From NCBI GenBank assembly GCA_032718475.1, contig JAUCBJ010001045.1, positions 1-64,000 of the forward strand: a DNA stretch of 64,000 nt, written 5' to 3'. Positions 23,851 to 35,356 of this stretch are shown here, in pieces. The number at the start of each line of letters is the position of its first letter. The first letter of the stretch is position 1. Under the pieces are notes generated by a model. That model had not been told where the DNA came from, searched no databases, and saw only the letters and a list, made by a program, of their open reading frames with translations. The position numbers and the translations under genes are program-made. This DNA comes from Nemertoderma westbladi (taxonomy: Eukaryota > Animalia > Xenacoelomorpha).

Positions 23851-26800
23851 ATGTCTGACACCCAGCAAAACCTGTCAGACAGTCTAATCGATACAACCAT
23901 CTGTGACACAGATAGGAGTGTGGAGCGATTAAGAAAGGAGTTCAGCTCACCTCCTACTGAAAGAAAGGTCATCCCTCCAGTAGTAGTGTCAGACCCTAAG
24001 CTAATCCAACACCGTAGGTCTATCATTGGCACTCGGGCCCAGGTCAAACGGAACCAGGAAGCAGCTGTCCAACAGCAGCAACATCCTAGTCAAGAAACTT
24101 GTTCCCAGCGATCGGATAGCTCCAGTAGTTCGGATACTGTAGAGCTGACCCCCGAACGCGGATTGCAGATGGCGGCTACAGCCTACTCGGATCCCCTTCT
24201 CACCCTTCCTGCCGCAGTACTAACTACTATATTGATTGCGGTGGAGGAACATCAAGCTGATTGGGCGAGAAGTAAGAGAGCGACCCAAGATGATTATGCG
24301 GGATACGCCAGAGAAGAATTGGTGTCTATTGTCGAGTCACAATGGAACTTTCCCGGACCCGGACTCCCGTTAGATTTGTCCGAAGCTACTTGGGAAGATA
24401 TACACAGGATGGGAGTGACTAAAGATACGATGGATCCAGCTGTTTGGAAGAGGTCGGCAGCAGGATATGTGCAGGGATTCTTCGGCTCCTTAGAGCGATT
24501 GGAAGAACAATTGTTTCGACAACCCCAAGGACCTCAAGAGCAGGAAGAGCTGCTTTATCAAGTACGCGAAAGAACCCTACGTATTAGACTAATCCTATCA
24601 GCCTTTGAGGAAACTTCCAAAAGAAGACAGGACACGTCGCTGCAGGTTGCTGTCAAGACTTGGTTCCAGCGGGTAGGTCTCAAAGTGCAAGAAACGGCCC
24701 AGTGGAAATCCCAGCTGGCTGAGAGACCAACGTATGAAGAACCAACCGATGCCACCCTTTCTCAAATGGAAAGCGAAGAAACACCAGCAGAGAAGCCGCC
24801 CTCGAGAGACGCCATAGACATCTATCTGTCAGACTATCAACGCTTCTTGGGTGATGAAGAGTTGAGGAGACGGCTGTCTGGACTTTCTCCAAATAGTGAA
24901 GGAACCAAGCTTGTGTTGGACGCAATCGATGCGGAAATGTTAGCTGCAAACCAAGCTGAATTTGATGAAAAACTCCGCCTCACTAGAGTCCAAGAAGAAC
25001 AAGTAAAGAAAAAACAGATAGAGGACCGAAAAGCAGCAGCAGTAACAGCGGCAGAAGCAGAAGCAGCAAAGGCAGCGGCAGAAGCAGAAGCAGCAAAGGT
25101 AGCGGCAGCGGCAGAAGCAGAAGCAGCAAAGGTAGCGGCAGCGGCAGAAGCAGAAGCAGCAAAGGCAGCGGCAGAAGCAGAAGCAGCGAAGGCAGCGGCA
25201 GCAGCAGAAGCAGAAAGAAAGGCAGCGGTGGCAAAAGCAGAACTGAGAGCATCTGAGGAGACTACCCAACTAGAGTTGGAAAATCTGCAAGAGACGCAAG
25301 ACAACATAAATAAACAGTTAACCGCTAGTCACATGCAGATGATGAGAAGATCTACTCCCAAACGCCAGGGATATACATCATCGGAGGAAAGCGAAACCAC
25401 CGATCCTGAAGGCGGAGGAAATAGATCTCGTCTAAGCAGGCGTAGAAAAACATCTTACCGTCACAAATTGCCTGATTTGCCCCCAGCTGTTAGAAGACAA
25501 CTAGCTAGCACAGACTTAAGTAGTATAGAACCTACAGACCAAATTATTAAGGTCAAAAAACTCCCTACTATAGATGATGAGCCTGAAATAATTAGGCCTG
25601 TCGTTCCCAAAGTCACTCCTGTGTTAGAGACCCCTGTACTTCCAGAGCTTAACTCTAAATTCCCTTTACACAGTACTACACTGCCTGTGCCCGGTAGAAC
25701 AGTCCATAAGAATATCCCTGTCCTGGAAGCAGAGAGAGAAATCAAAGATTTGTCTCCCGTCGTCCAGCGTCGGCCCGCTACAATGTTGGCGACTCCCGCT
25801 TCGGCGGTCGAGTGGGTAGAGGAGGGACGGCGGGGGATGAACCTCCTGCTCGGACAGATGCAGGAGACTGTCCACCAACTTAAGGGAACAGTAAGGGAAG
25901 GTAGGGCAGAATTGCAAGAAGTGCAGCAAAGTATCGCGCTAGAACGCGACAAATTAGTCAATATACAAAATGGTATACCAATACCCCCTGTAAAATTGTG
26001 TCAACCTGTTAGGTCTGAAGTATTACATGCGCAAGGTGTGGAGCCTACACGCATCTATACTGCTAGTGAAGTAGAAACTCCTATAGCAAACCCTATTAAG
26101 GGTGATTATAGACCTGTTGTTAATGATATTCCCTATAGACCTGATAATGATCCGAGAAATTTATATACCGATAATTCGATATTAAATAACACGATGGCCC
26201 AAGAAAGCTTTACGCGTCAGATGGCTAGAACAGAAGCCCGCCAAGTGGTCAAAGTGGGAGAGATCGTCAAATTCAATGGAGATGAGATGAAATGGTTACC
26301 CTTCAATGAATACTACAAAGACAGCATACAGAACTCTGTACTATCTAACGGAGAGAAACTTAGGTTCCTCATCAAGTGCTTGGAAGGACCTCCCAAGTTA
26401 ATGGCGTTAAAGTTTATTGGACATCCAGAAGGATTAAGACAAGTTTGGGATACATTAAACATCAGGTATGGTAACAAGGATAACATAGCTAAGTATTTGT
26501 ATGCAAAATTAGTAGCCCCCCGAAACTTCCTTAGTAGCGGGATTATAGAGTTTTCCGATGAGATTCAGGAGATCTGTAGACAATTGGACTGGTTAGGTAA
26601 GTCTCATGAATATCAGAGTTCCATGGTTATTGGAGCAGTAGTCTCTACTTTACCAAAGGGTGGAGTATGTACACGCTGGGACAAGAAAGTGTTGTATATG
26701 AATGAGCAGCAACGACGAAGCCCTACCATGGCTGATCTCATGTCCTTCTTAGATAGTGAAGTAAAATTACAACTCATAAAGCAGTCCAGAGAGAAAACAT

Positions 26801-28536
26801 CGGAAAATAAGGTAAGTGAGAAACCCGTTTCTAGGAGAAGGATAATACCAGTGTGTTATACTGACGACGGCGAAAGCCAAGCTTCTCAAGAAGAGGACAG
26901 CGGGAAAGACACAGCAAAATCTTACTATGACAACAAGACCTATAAAGACGTAAGTAAATACAAGTCTCGAACCAGTGACAGGAGAGAACAGGTAACAACA
27001 ACTCCTCCTACGTCTCCTAAGAGAATTCACGGAAGAAAGCCCGAAGAAAGAACGAGAGTGCATAACGTTACCCAAGGTAAAGTGAGTAACATCAAACCAA
27101 AATGTGCGCTGTGCGACGGGCCCCACCGTTTGAGTGCGTGTGCTGAATTTCTAAAGAAATCCCTTGTAGACAGACGTGCAGTCCTGTGGAATAAGCGGTT
27201 ATGCTATAATTGCCTCAGATCAGGACACCAACGGCGAACCTGTTACTCCGACGTAAAGTGTGCAAAGTGTGGCACGAAACATCACATCTTGTTACACAGT
27301 GAGTTCGAACGAAATAACCCGAGTCAGGTAAGTGAGCCCGAACTACATGTCCAATTCAGTGATGTAAATGACACTGATCAAGAATCTGAGATGGAAGGAT
27401 TCTATACTGACGAATTCTCCGACGCCAACGAATCCTGTTACCTAATCAATACCGCGGTGTATCGAGCACTTACTTATGAAAAGGACACCGACAATGAGTT
27501 CCCCCCAAGTACTTTTGCCAGACAACCATCTTGGAAAGCTCCAACTTCCAACGTAGGAATCAGAGAATTTCCTGTAGTGCAGGTAAGAGTTCATGGTCCT
27601 AACAAAAGTTACATAGTGAACGCCCTCCTTGACTCCGGCAGCACAGGAACATTCATCGATCAAGAACTAGCAGAAGATATCTTTGCTGGACAACCCAAAT
27701 TCCGGACTAAATTGAATATGTCAGGAATTATGCAGGTTTGGAAATCTACCCTAACGGCAGACTACTATGTAGGTGTGTTGTCCACCCCCCAGGATAAATT
27801 AGGAGCACAAGGTATAAGGTCGGTAAAAATGGTGGCTATAAAGAACTTCACTACTACCCAGGTAGAACCTTATAACTGGGACGAGGACGAGAGCATCCAA
27901 CATCTTAAGATACCTCGATTCCACACAGATTATCCTGGAGTGCAAATACTCATCGGCCAAAACGCGCATGAGGCGCTAGAGACATTGGAGAAACGGCCTG
28001 CTCAACCGCAGCCACTACAAACCTATGCGGTAAGAACTAGAGTAGGTTGGTACTTCACTGGCCCTTCCCGTAGAACTCTCAAAGAGAGATTACCTCAACA
28101 ACAGGTATACCAAGTAAAGGAATGGGAAGTGGAGAGCAGTGATGTGGACGATCCAACTGAGGGAACACCATACTCCTCAGATAATGACGATATTAACTCC
28201 AATGTAGATCAATGGAGACATTGCCTTGGGACGATTAATCCAGCCGACATCGCTTCCAGAGGAGCAACTCCTCAAGAACTGATAGATACTCCAGGCTGGT
28301 TAGGTGGATCCGACTTCTTAAGTAAAGAAGAAGAAGAATGGCCTCCTCATCTTACCACGGCGGAGATTAGACAGGCCAAGGGAGCGGAGAAAGTAACACA
28401 ACAACTCAATCGCCCAGCTGGTCGTTTATGTTTACTGGAAAGAGACCGAAAACTGTCCGGAAACTATGGAAGGCAAGATACTCTTCCTACGACCACTTCC
28501 CTAATCCGACAAATATCTAGGGACTCCATAACGTAA
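23851..28536 (+). CDS. BEL/Pao Gag-protease polyprotein fused to RNase H and integrase C-terminal remnants (1561 aa)
   Basis: DUF1759-like KFNGDEMKWLPF...EKLRFL...LEGP; knuckles CALCDGPHRLSAC, CYNCLRSGHQRRTC, CAKCGTKHHILLH; protease ALLDSGSTGTFI; then WRHCLGTINPADIASRG and RPAGRLCLLE. No YVDD and no DDE core. Confidence 0.92.
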   Translation: MSDTQQNLSDSLIDTTICDTDRSVERLRKEFSSPPTERKVIPPVVVSDPKLIQHRRSIIGTRAQVKRNQEAAVQQQQHPSQETCSQRSDSSSSSDTVELTPERGLQMAATAYSDPLLTLPAAVLTTILIAVEEHQADWARSKRATQDDYAGYAREELVSIVESQWNFPGPGLPLDLSEATWEDIHRMGVTKDTMDPAVWKRSAAGYVQGFFGSLERLEEQLFRQPQGPQEQEELLYQVRERTLRIRLILSAFEETSKRRQDTSLQVAVKTWFQRVGLKVQETAQWKSQLAERPTYEEPTDATLSQMESEETPAEKPPSRDAIDIYLSDYQRFLGDEELRRRLSGLSPNSEGTKLVLDAIDAEMLAANQAEFDEKLRLTRVQEEQVKKKQIEDRKAAAVTAAEAEAAKAAAEAEAAKVAAAAEAEAAKVAAAAEAEAAKAAAEAEAAKAAAAAEAERKAAVAKAELRASEETTQLELENLQETQDNINKQLTASHMQMMRRSTPKRQGYTSSEESETTDPEGGGNRSRLSRRRKTSYRHKLPDLPPAVRRQLASTDLSSIEPTDQIIKVKKLPTIDDEPEIIRPVVPKVTPVLETPVLPELNSKFPLHSTTLPVPGRTVHKNIPVLEAEREIKDLSPVVQRRPATMLATPASAVEWVEEGRRGMNLLLGQMQETVHQLKGTVREGRAELQEVQQSIALERDKLVNIQNGIPIPPVKLCQPVRSEVLHAQGVEPTRIYTASEVETPIANPIKGDYRPVVNDIPYRPDNDPRNLYTDNSILNNTMAQESFTRQMARTEARQVVKVGEIVKFNGDEMKWLPFNEYYKDSIQNSVLSNGEKLRFLIKCLEGPPKLMALKFIGHPEGLRQVWDTLNIRYGNKDNIAKYLYAKLVAPRNFLSSGIIEFSDEIQEICRQLDWLGKSHEYQSSMVIGAVVSTLPKGGVCTRWDKKVLYMNEQQRRSPTMADLMSFLDSEVKLQLIKQSREKTSENKVSEKPVSRRRIIPVCYTDDGESQASQEEDSGKDTAKSYYDNKTYKDVSKYKSRTSDRREQVTTTPPTSPKRIHGRKPEERTRVHNVTQGKVSNIKPKCALCDGPHRLSACAEFLKKSLVDRRAVLWNKRLCYNCLRSGHQRRTCYSDVKCAKCGTKHHILLHSEFERNNPSQVSEPELHVQFSDVNDTDQESEMEGFYTDEFSDANESCYLINTAVYRALTYEKDTDNEFPPSTFARQPSWKAPTSNVGIREFPVVQVRVHGPNKSYIVNALLDSGSTGTFIDQELAEDIFAGQPKFRTKLNMSGIMQVWKSTLTADYYVGVLSTPQDKLGAQGIRSVKMVAIKNFTTTQVEPYNWDEDESIQHLKIPRFHTDYPGVQILIGQNAHEALETLEKRPAQPQPLQTYAVRTRVGWYFTGPSRRTLKERLPQQQVYQVKEWEVESSDVDDPTEGTPYSSDNDDINSNVDQWRHCLGTINPADIASRGATPQELIDTPGWLGGSDFLSKEEEEWPPHLTTAEIRQAKGAEKVTQQLNRPAGRLCLLERDRKLSGNYGRQDTLPTTTSLIRQISRDSIT

Positions 28537-29213
28537 TAACATATGGAGTGGGCGTGTGACTATATCATTTTATATTTGTTTATTTTATATTTATGTATGT
28601 ATTATTATGTAATTTTATTATAATCGTTTCCTTTAATTTTATTTAGTAGAATGTTATTTTAGTGATTATTTAGTAGATTAGTGCAATATATTAGTGTTTA
28701 TTACGTACGTAATTACTTATAATATATTTAGTGCGACGGCGAGAAATAATTATTTTTTCTCTTTCCTTACTGTCCGTATCATATTATAAATACGTGACTA
28801 CAGTAAGATGAAATGTCCGTACTTATTAAAGTACAATAAAGCCACTACTATATTCAAGTATTATTGGTAGGCAGAGTATTAGGAATGCAAAGTTCAGATC
28901 CTCGTGTCTCGGCTAAACCAAGCTCTGGGTAGACCTTGGAAATGACTTGCCTCTTCACACTGACATTGCTTCGTGCGATATTGCTCTTCTACCTTATATT
29001 AAATAATACATATAGTAGCGTGATGTCCCTATAACAGTAGCGTAAAACGCAAATAAATCTGTTAAACTTTTTGACCATCTGTAATTCTAGTCGATTAAGA
29101 TATCGCGGCACCCACCGATATACTTGAAAGACAAATTCTAGAATCAGTGGTTAACATCCCCAGACAAGTTCTGGAATAAATCGGTGCCTATCTTAAATAT
29201 TAATTTAATATTT

Positions 29214-30059
29214 GTGGCTGGCCACGAGAAAAGGGACCTTATGTCACCGGAGGTCGATTTTGAGTTATTAGGCCTATGAGATGCAGAATTTTCCAGAGAT
29301 TTTAACAAAAAAAACGGTGTCTCAATATCTATTTCCAAAAAAAAGTTATAGCGATTTATGTGAAGGTGAATCGGGTAGTTTTAATTTTATTAATAGCGGT
29401 TATAATAAGCGATTATTAAAAAAAAATGGAAAATATTAATAATATCATAGCAATTCTTACTATATAGTTAGGCAGTTCAATGTTATTCGGCTTTTTATAC
29501 AACTTTTAACACTTTGAAACTATTAATATTGTTCATGAACTATTTTAAAAAAAAATTTGCAAAATTTTCAAAATAACATGTAACCAAAAAATTTTTTTTT
29601 TTTAATTTTAAATTTTTTCAAAAAGATAAATTTTTTTAACAAAATTTAAAATTATTTGTATTTTGAATAAAAAAAAAATTCTTTATTGGGATTACAAAAT
29701 TTAAGAACTAACGAATTTAAATTAAGAAAATGACAGCCATATTACATTTAAAAAATAACTGTAGGCCTACAGTACCTATTACAGTATTACAATTTCAATT
29801 TATTACAGTCCTAAATTCAGACATGAAAACCCTAAGACAGTGTTATATACAACACTGCAACATCTTATATTGCTTCCTGTAATTAGTTATTTCCTAGGTA
29901 TATTGAATATCAGAACCAATTTGAATTTCCCTCATCGTTTTATACATTTCTAAATTGATAATCCAATTAAATTTGTTCAAAAATAGAGGGAAACTTTAAA
30001 CGCGATTATCTCAGAATCAGGTTTTGCGACATAAGGTCCCTTTTCTCGTGGCCAGCCAC
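29214..30059. mobile_element. Sola1-like MITE (ATTT TSD) inside the LTR element
   Basis: Perfect ~32-bp TIR GTGGCTGGCCACGAGAAAAGGGACCTTATGTC; ATTT at 29210-29213 and 30060-30063 fits the AWWT target. Confidence 0.75.
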
Positions 30060-31013
30060 ATTTATTAAAATCTGTAAAATTCAGATCCTTTAAAATTTCT
30101 AGTCAATTAAGATATCGCAGCACTTACCGATACTCTTAAAAGACAATTTTCATAGAATTAAGGATCCTATGTCCCCAGACCTGCTCTGGAATCAAATTGT
30201 GTCAATTTTAACATCAAATAATAAAATTCACGGGAATAAATTTAAATTCATACTTTAAATGAATTTCATAAATTGTCGTTTTGTGCAATTTATAACATTC
30301 CCAAAATTCCATTAATTAATAGATCATGGGAGCGGAGATTCATCCTATTGAGTGTATTAGAGTGCGAGAATCTCCGACATATAGTCAATAGCCAATAAAA
30401 TTAATAAAATCATGTATAAAGAGGCTATTGACAATTAAAGAATTACTATTAAATAGCATTCCAGATCTGTATGCATGAGAATTACCCTAATTCTACCGCT
30501 AGTTTTCCATAATGTCACCATAGCAACACCCACGCTAGAATTAGAAGCAAGTTAAAAGAACAATAGAAGGCTTGTCCCATTGCATAGCATAGAGAATACA
30601 TAGCACACTGTTAGTATCCAAAGATACACAGTAATAACGTGACATTCTGGAAGGCACTGACTAACGGACAAATGGCCTGTATGTGTACAATTGGTGACAG
30701 TTGTGTGGAATTTGTGCGTTTATAGGTGAATGTTACTGCTAAAGTATGTTTACAGTAGCTAGTCGCAATTGTGAAAGTAGCCCAACTCTCCTATAGAAAG
30801 AACCTAAAGTGGATTCAAGCCTTTGGGACGGACAGTGGAGTGACTTGTGCCGGTTATCGTTGTCGTGCTGTTGCTACATGTTGGTGTAAACACCGCAACG
30901 ACGGTACATCGGCGCTGAGAATCCCACTGTCCGGGGGCAAAGCGAGGTAGGCAGCGACGTCCGCTCGCCTAAACATAAACTCATTTCGATATTAATAAAC
31001 TCAGATAGCAGAT

Positions 31014-32162
31014 ATGACGGAGTTGATAGAAGATGATCTTGGTATCAGGCAGCGATATACTCTACCTTTACAAGCATTTGTGGATAGCTTGATACGCGGT
31101 GAAACCGATCGAACCATTACGGAGGACGATGGTCGTTATATCGAACCGCCGATGTCCCAAGAGCAACTTACGCGTGAATTGGACTATCGAAAATTCACCG
31201 CTCGCTATACGCATCGTAATAGTACGTATATGGACTTCCTAACTACCGGCCATCCTATCGATTTACATGATACGGACGATGTAGACACCGAAAGGGAAAT
31301 GGTTCTATTTAAATATCATACCCAGCGGAGTCGTAACGATAAACCGAGAATAGATCACGAAAATTATATTCGTAACAGACTGGGAAGACGAACCAATATG
31401 CCTAGAATCTGAGGAGATTCAGCCTATCGCGCCCGGAACAGCGACAACGATTATATCCTAGAATGGTATCAAGGTCCACAGTGTCTCACTGCGTACAATT
31501 ATCGCCATGCCAACTATGTTTCTCGGCAACGTTGTCGGTTATGCGCATCGAGAGACCATGTTACGCCCATGGACACAAACGTCCGCTGTTCCTATTTCCA
31601 CGAACAACCGGTGATGGAAATTTATTATGCGTATTGCAGACTCAATAACTTGCACATTTTTGCGGTTTGCCCTCAATTTATGACTCAATGTCACCATTGT
31701 CAACTAAAGGGACACGCCAGTTTCGATTGCCCTTTTAATCACGATTTGGAAAGCGTAGATGAAATGATCACACTACGTTACATCAGAGCTTGGGAAGCGA
31801 ACGCTGATTTACATTGTGATTCGCGCCATCGCTATTATCCTGGACGCGCTTATGAAGGAGTTTATGCGTTCCATCCTTATCTATTCGCTTCTGTCGAACA
31901 GAAATCACGCATATCGAGTTACGAACTACTGAAGCGCGTCGGAGAATGTATTTCGACCAAGTTCGTACGCAAATTTCTCAGGAGTGTTAATCCTAGCGAC
32001 CTTCATTCCTATAACTTAATCAATTATATCCGTCAGGATCCGGACTATGGAGACTTATTTGTTAACTCACACCCCGAGTTACAGGAAGTATATCGATGGC
32101 CTTACGAATACCGAGCCCGCGAACGCGAGTTGGAAAGAACCATTAAACCCGGAGGTTTCTAA
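31014..32162 (+). pseudogene. Accessory zinc-knuckle ORF of the LTR element, 382 codons with one in-frame TGA (31410-31412)
   Basis: ORFs 31014-31412 and 31569-32162 share a frame and the 52 codons between them are open. Motifs CRLCASRDH..., YCRLNNLHIFAVC and CHHCQLKGHASFDC. Confidence 0.7.
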
Positions 32163-32539
32163 CTGCCTATGGTCCACCCACGGCTCTCGTTCAGACCACT
32201 CGTAAAGGACCCGTAAGAGCGGCTGTCTTAAAACGCGCTCTCAAAGCCGTTAGACCCCTCTCCCCCGACGTTGATGTCAATCAACCCGGCACTTCGACTG
32301 GCGGATACACCGACCATAATCCTACACCCTCTGATGCAATTATATTGCACCCTTCACCCAGGAGTTATAGCCCTCCTTGTAAGGTGGCTCGCCCCAAAGA
32401 GAAAAGGACTCTGGCCAGCTTTAAAAAACTGCGTAAACGCCGTCCGCGCAAGAAAGGCTAACTGTTTAGAGTATTTACATATATTAGAAACTGTGATTTT
32501 TGTATATTTATAAACTTGAATCCCATTTTCTGGGAGCGG

Positions 32540-33705
32540 TGTAAAAGCTTTTGCGGATATACTCAGTCCCCCTCGCCCGCAAGGTACCGTTATAGGTGTT
32601 TTAACGGACATAAAAGTCATTCTTCTATATGCGTGCTTTGGCGGACATGGTAAGGCAAAAAACCCGCAATGCACCAAATACCCTGGCACAGCTTAGCCTT
32701 GATGATTCAGATTACGACATCTAACAGCTGGTTGCTGACATGGAAACGGCCATTGGACACATGGTTCTTTGTTTAGCTTAACAGCCAATCAGAGCGATTT
32801 TTTCTGTCGATGTGGAGATATTTGGCCGATCGTGCTAGGAGTGTTCAGTCTTACTGTTTTTCTTGATACTGTTGTGTTGTTTCTATCTAGGCCAGGAACA
32901 CCGGCTCTAGAGTCAATTCGTTTTCATACTTTAGAAGAAACATTAGTAGGCTTAAATTATAGAGCGTATAACTGTTATCTTATCTCACTTCAGTCTTACA
33001 TTATCGGTTCAACATACATTATTATACTGCTATTTACTGTTGTGTTTTGGTTGAATATTATTTGGAGAACATCTATAAAGAACCCAAATTTCCCAATTTT
33101 CTTGATACACTACAGGTTAGAGAGACGGGTTATATATAGCGATTGCGACTTATATTATTGTGGTTTGTAGTGAATTTAATGCTATTTGATAAGCACTACA
33201 TGAGTCCGTTGCTGTTCTCTTTATATATGATAAAATTCATTGACGGTCGGCAAATTAGTGAGCAGTATTGTGTGTTACCGGTAGTGTGCCTGATTGTGAC
33301 TGATAACTAAGCATTTCCTAAAGAATGCGCCTCATACGTGAATCATAAGCCTCACCGACTTACCGTTGTGATTAGTATAAGTCATATCTCTGTTTACCTA
33401 GATAGAGCGCCACGTCCTAAAGGAACTGTTAATATTTCCCGAAAGTGAATAATATTAGTCAGAAATTATTTATTAACGATCAATCGAATAATACAGTAAG
33501 CTTACACTGCAATAATAATCTAAGCCCTCAGAATCCAGTCTCCCGGGTATATCCAGCGGGTGAATGGACGCGCACTAGGCTGGCTTCTGCTAATGTTGTG
33601 TTTATTGGTATTAAATATTTGTCAACTTCTAAAGTCTATTTATAAACCAAAAGACATATAAATTTTGGCAGGTTAAACTGCTAAAGGTCTTCAAAAGCGC
33701 GTACA
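32540..33705 (+). repeat. 3' LTR
   Basis: Near-identical copy of 20442-21614; the shared sequence may extend one further A (33706). Confidence 0.93.
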
Positions 33706-35356
33706 ACCCCCCCCCCCCCCCCCCAGATTTTTCTACAAATCGTTATCATATCGCTGGTTAACTAGTTCCACTCACCGTCGATGACCCCATGAAGCCGGAA
33801 TTTCCGATTTTGCCTTTAAATTTTTTTTAGAAGCGTTTTAAAAAAGTGTCTTTTGAGAAATCGCACCCTCCGTATCGTGGCCATTCTTCACATTGGTCGT
33901 AATTTTTTCATTCTAATTTTCATCTTCATCCTATTTTTTCATTTTTCATTTCTTTTCATCCTTTTTTTCATCTTACGTTACAAGGATTCCAAATATGTAA
34001 CAATATCTGAATTTCGTTGAGAAACAGCTGAGATATAGGCGTTCAAAGATTGCAAGAATTATCCTTCGCTGAAGGCCATTTATTCTATTTAATAAATACA
34101 CGATGTTCTGGAACATTTTGTTTATGTATGACTAGCTACGCAATAGATATATTGGATAGGAATACCGCTGTTGCCAACCAACTTATAAAATAAATAACAC
34201 ATTCTAGAATTTTGTGTATTTATTAAATATAATAAATATGGCCTGCGGCGAACGATAATTCTTGCAATCTTTCAACGCCTATATCTCAGTTGTTTCTCAA
34301 CGAAATTCAAACATTGTTACATATTTCGAATCCTTGCAAGGCAAGCTTTTTAATGATATGAAAGATTCTTCACTAATGTGAAGAATGGCCACGATACGGA
34401 GGGTGCGATTTCGCAAAAGACACTTTTTTAAAACGCTTATAAAAAATTTAAAGGCAAAATCGAAAATTCCGGCTTCATGGGGTCATCGACGGTGAGTGGA
34501 ACTAGTGGTGTTTCAAATTTCAAGCAATATAATAAAGATTATTAGACAAATCTGGGGGGGGGGGGGTCCGTGTCATCAGAAAATGACACTATATTACGGG
34601 ACATGGTGTATTATAATATTAGTAATGTATGGCCTACATAATTACTGCAATAAATGTATAAAAAGATACCCTAAATTAATGAAGGGGCCTACCGTAAGTA
34701 GGACAGTCAGTCCTGTAATACAAAATTTATAAATTTTGACATCTTAATATTGATCAACGCTGTGGAGTTTATTCGAGGAAGGCGTTTTTAAGTTGCTTGG
34801 ATGAGGATGCCAGGGAGCGTTTATTCGAGGGGGTGGGTCTTATTCGAAGAAATACGTAAGTTGGATGTAAACAAATTATATTATACACATATCTGGTTAC
34901 GCCACTGGTCTAAATATTAATTCCAGAACATATATTTATTTAACATGGGGGTGAATCAATCAACTCGTAGTACTGTAGCAGAAATAAGTAGAAACATACT
35001 GTAGTAAAGTAAACGTAAGATTCTATTGGTTGCCTGTCAACTGGAGTAGCGGGATGGCGATTGGGGAAGGCACATGTGTGGGCAGGGCTTCCATCCAATG
35101 AATGCTAACATGTATTGTAACTGTACAATGTACAGTTGAACAAAATAGGATGGCCCTTAGTATCCAAAATGTCATAAATATTCATTCCAGAACTTGTATT
35201 CATTTAACATGGGGTGGGTGGATGCAGATCAATAGTGCGAATAGTGTGGAATAGTGGCACAGACAAGGAGACACAGTATAGAAAGTGCGTTGATTCTATT
35301 GGATATCTGACTCGAGGACTGGGGTATCCCAGTGAGCGTATACAAAAGGGCTTCCC

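Larger units (their letters stand above)
20442..33705 (+). mobile_element. BEL/Pao LTR retrotransposon, non-autonomous (RT and integrase deleted)
   Basis: Two direct repeats of 1173 and 1166 bp with TGT...ACA ends; BEL-type Gag with three zinc knuckles plus protease; purine-rich TGGGAGCGG before the 3' LTR; poly-C on both flanks. Confidence 0.93.
20377..34608. mobile_element. Fold-back MITE with TA TSD (Tc1/mariner-type), left TIR interrupted by the LTR element
   Basis: TA|CACCATTTCCCGTAATATAGTGTCATTTTCTGATGACACGGACC(C)n at left and its reverse complement ending ...GGTG|TA at 34608. 33761-34506 is a long, near-palindromic body. Confidence 0.8.
20195..34907. mobile_element. hAT-like MITE (outer layer of nest), split by later insertions
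   Basis: TIR CAGTGGCGTA ... TACGCCACTG; flanks GTCTTAAA and GTCTAAAT resemble an imperfect 8-bp TSD. Confidence 0.55.

Noticed and set aside
32271-33170. Short ORFs in and near the 3' LTR
   Set aside because: The 32769 ORF is frameshifted in the 5' LTR copy, and none has a recognisable domain.
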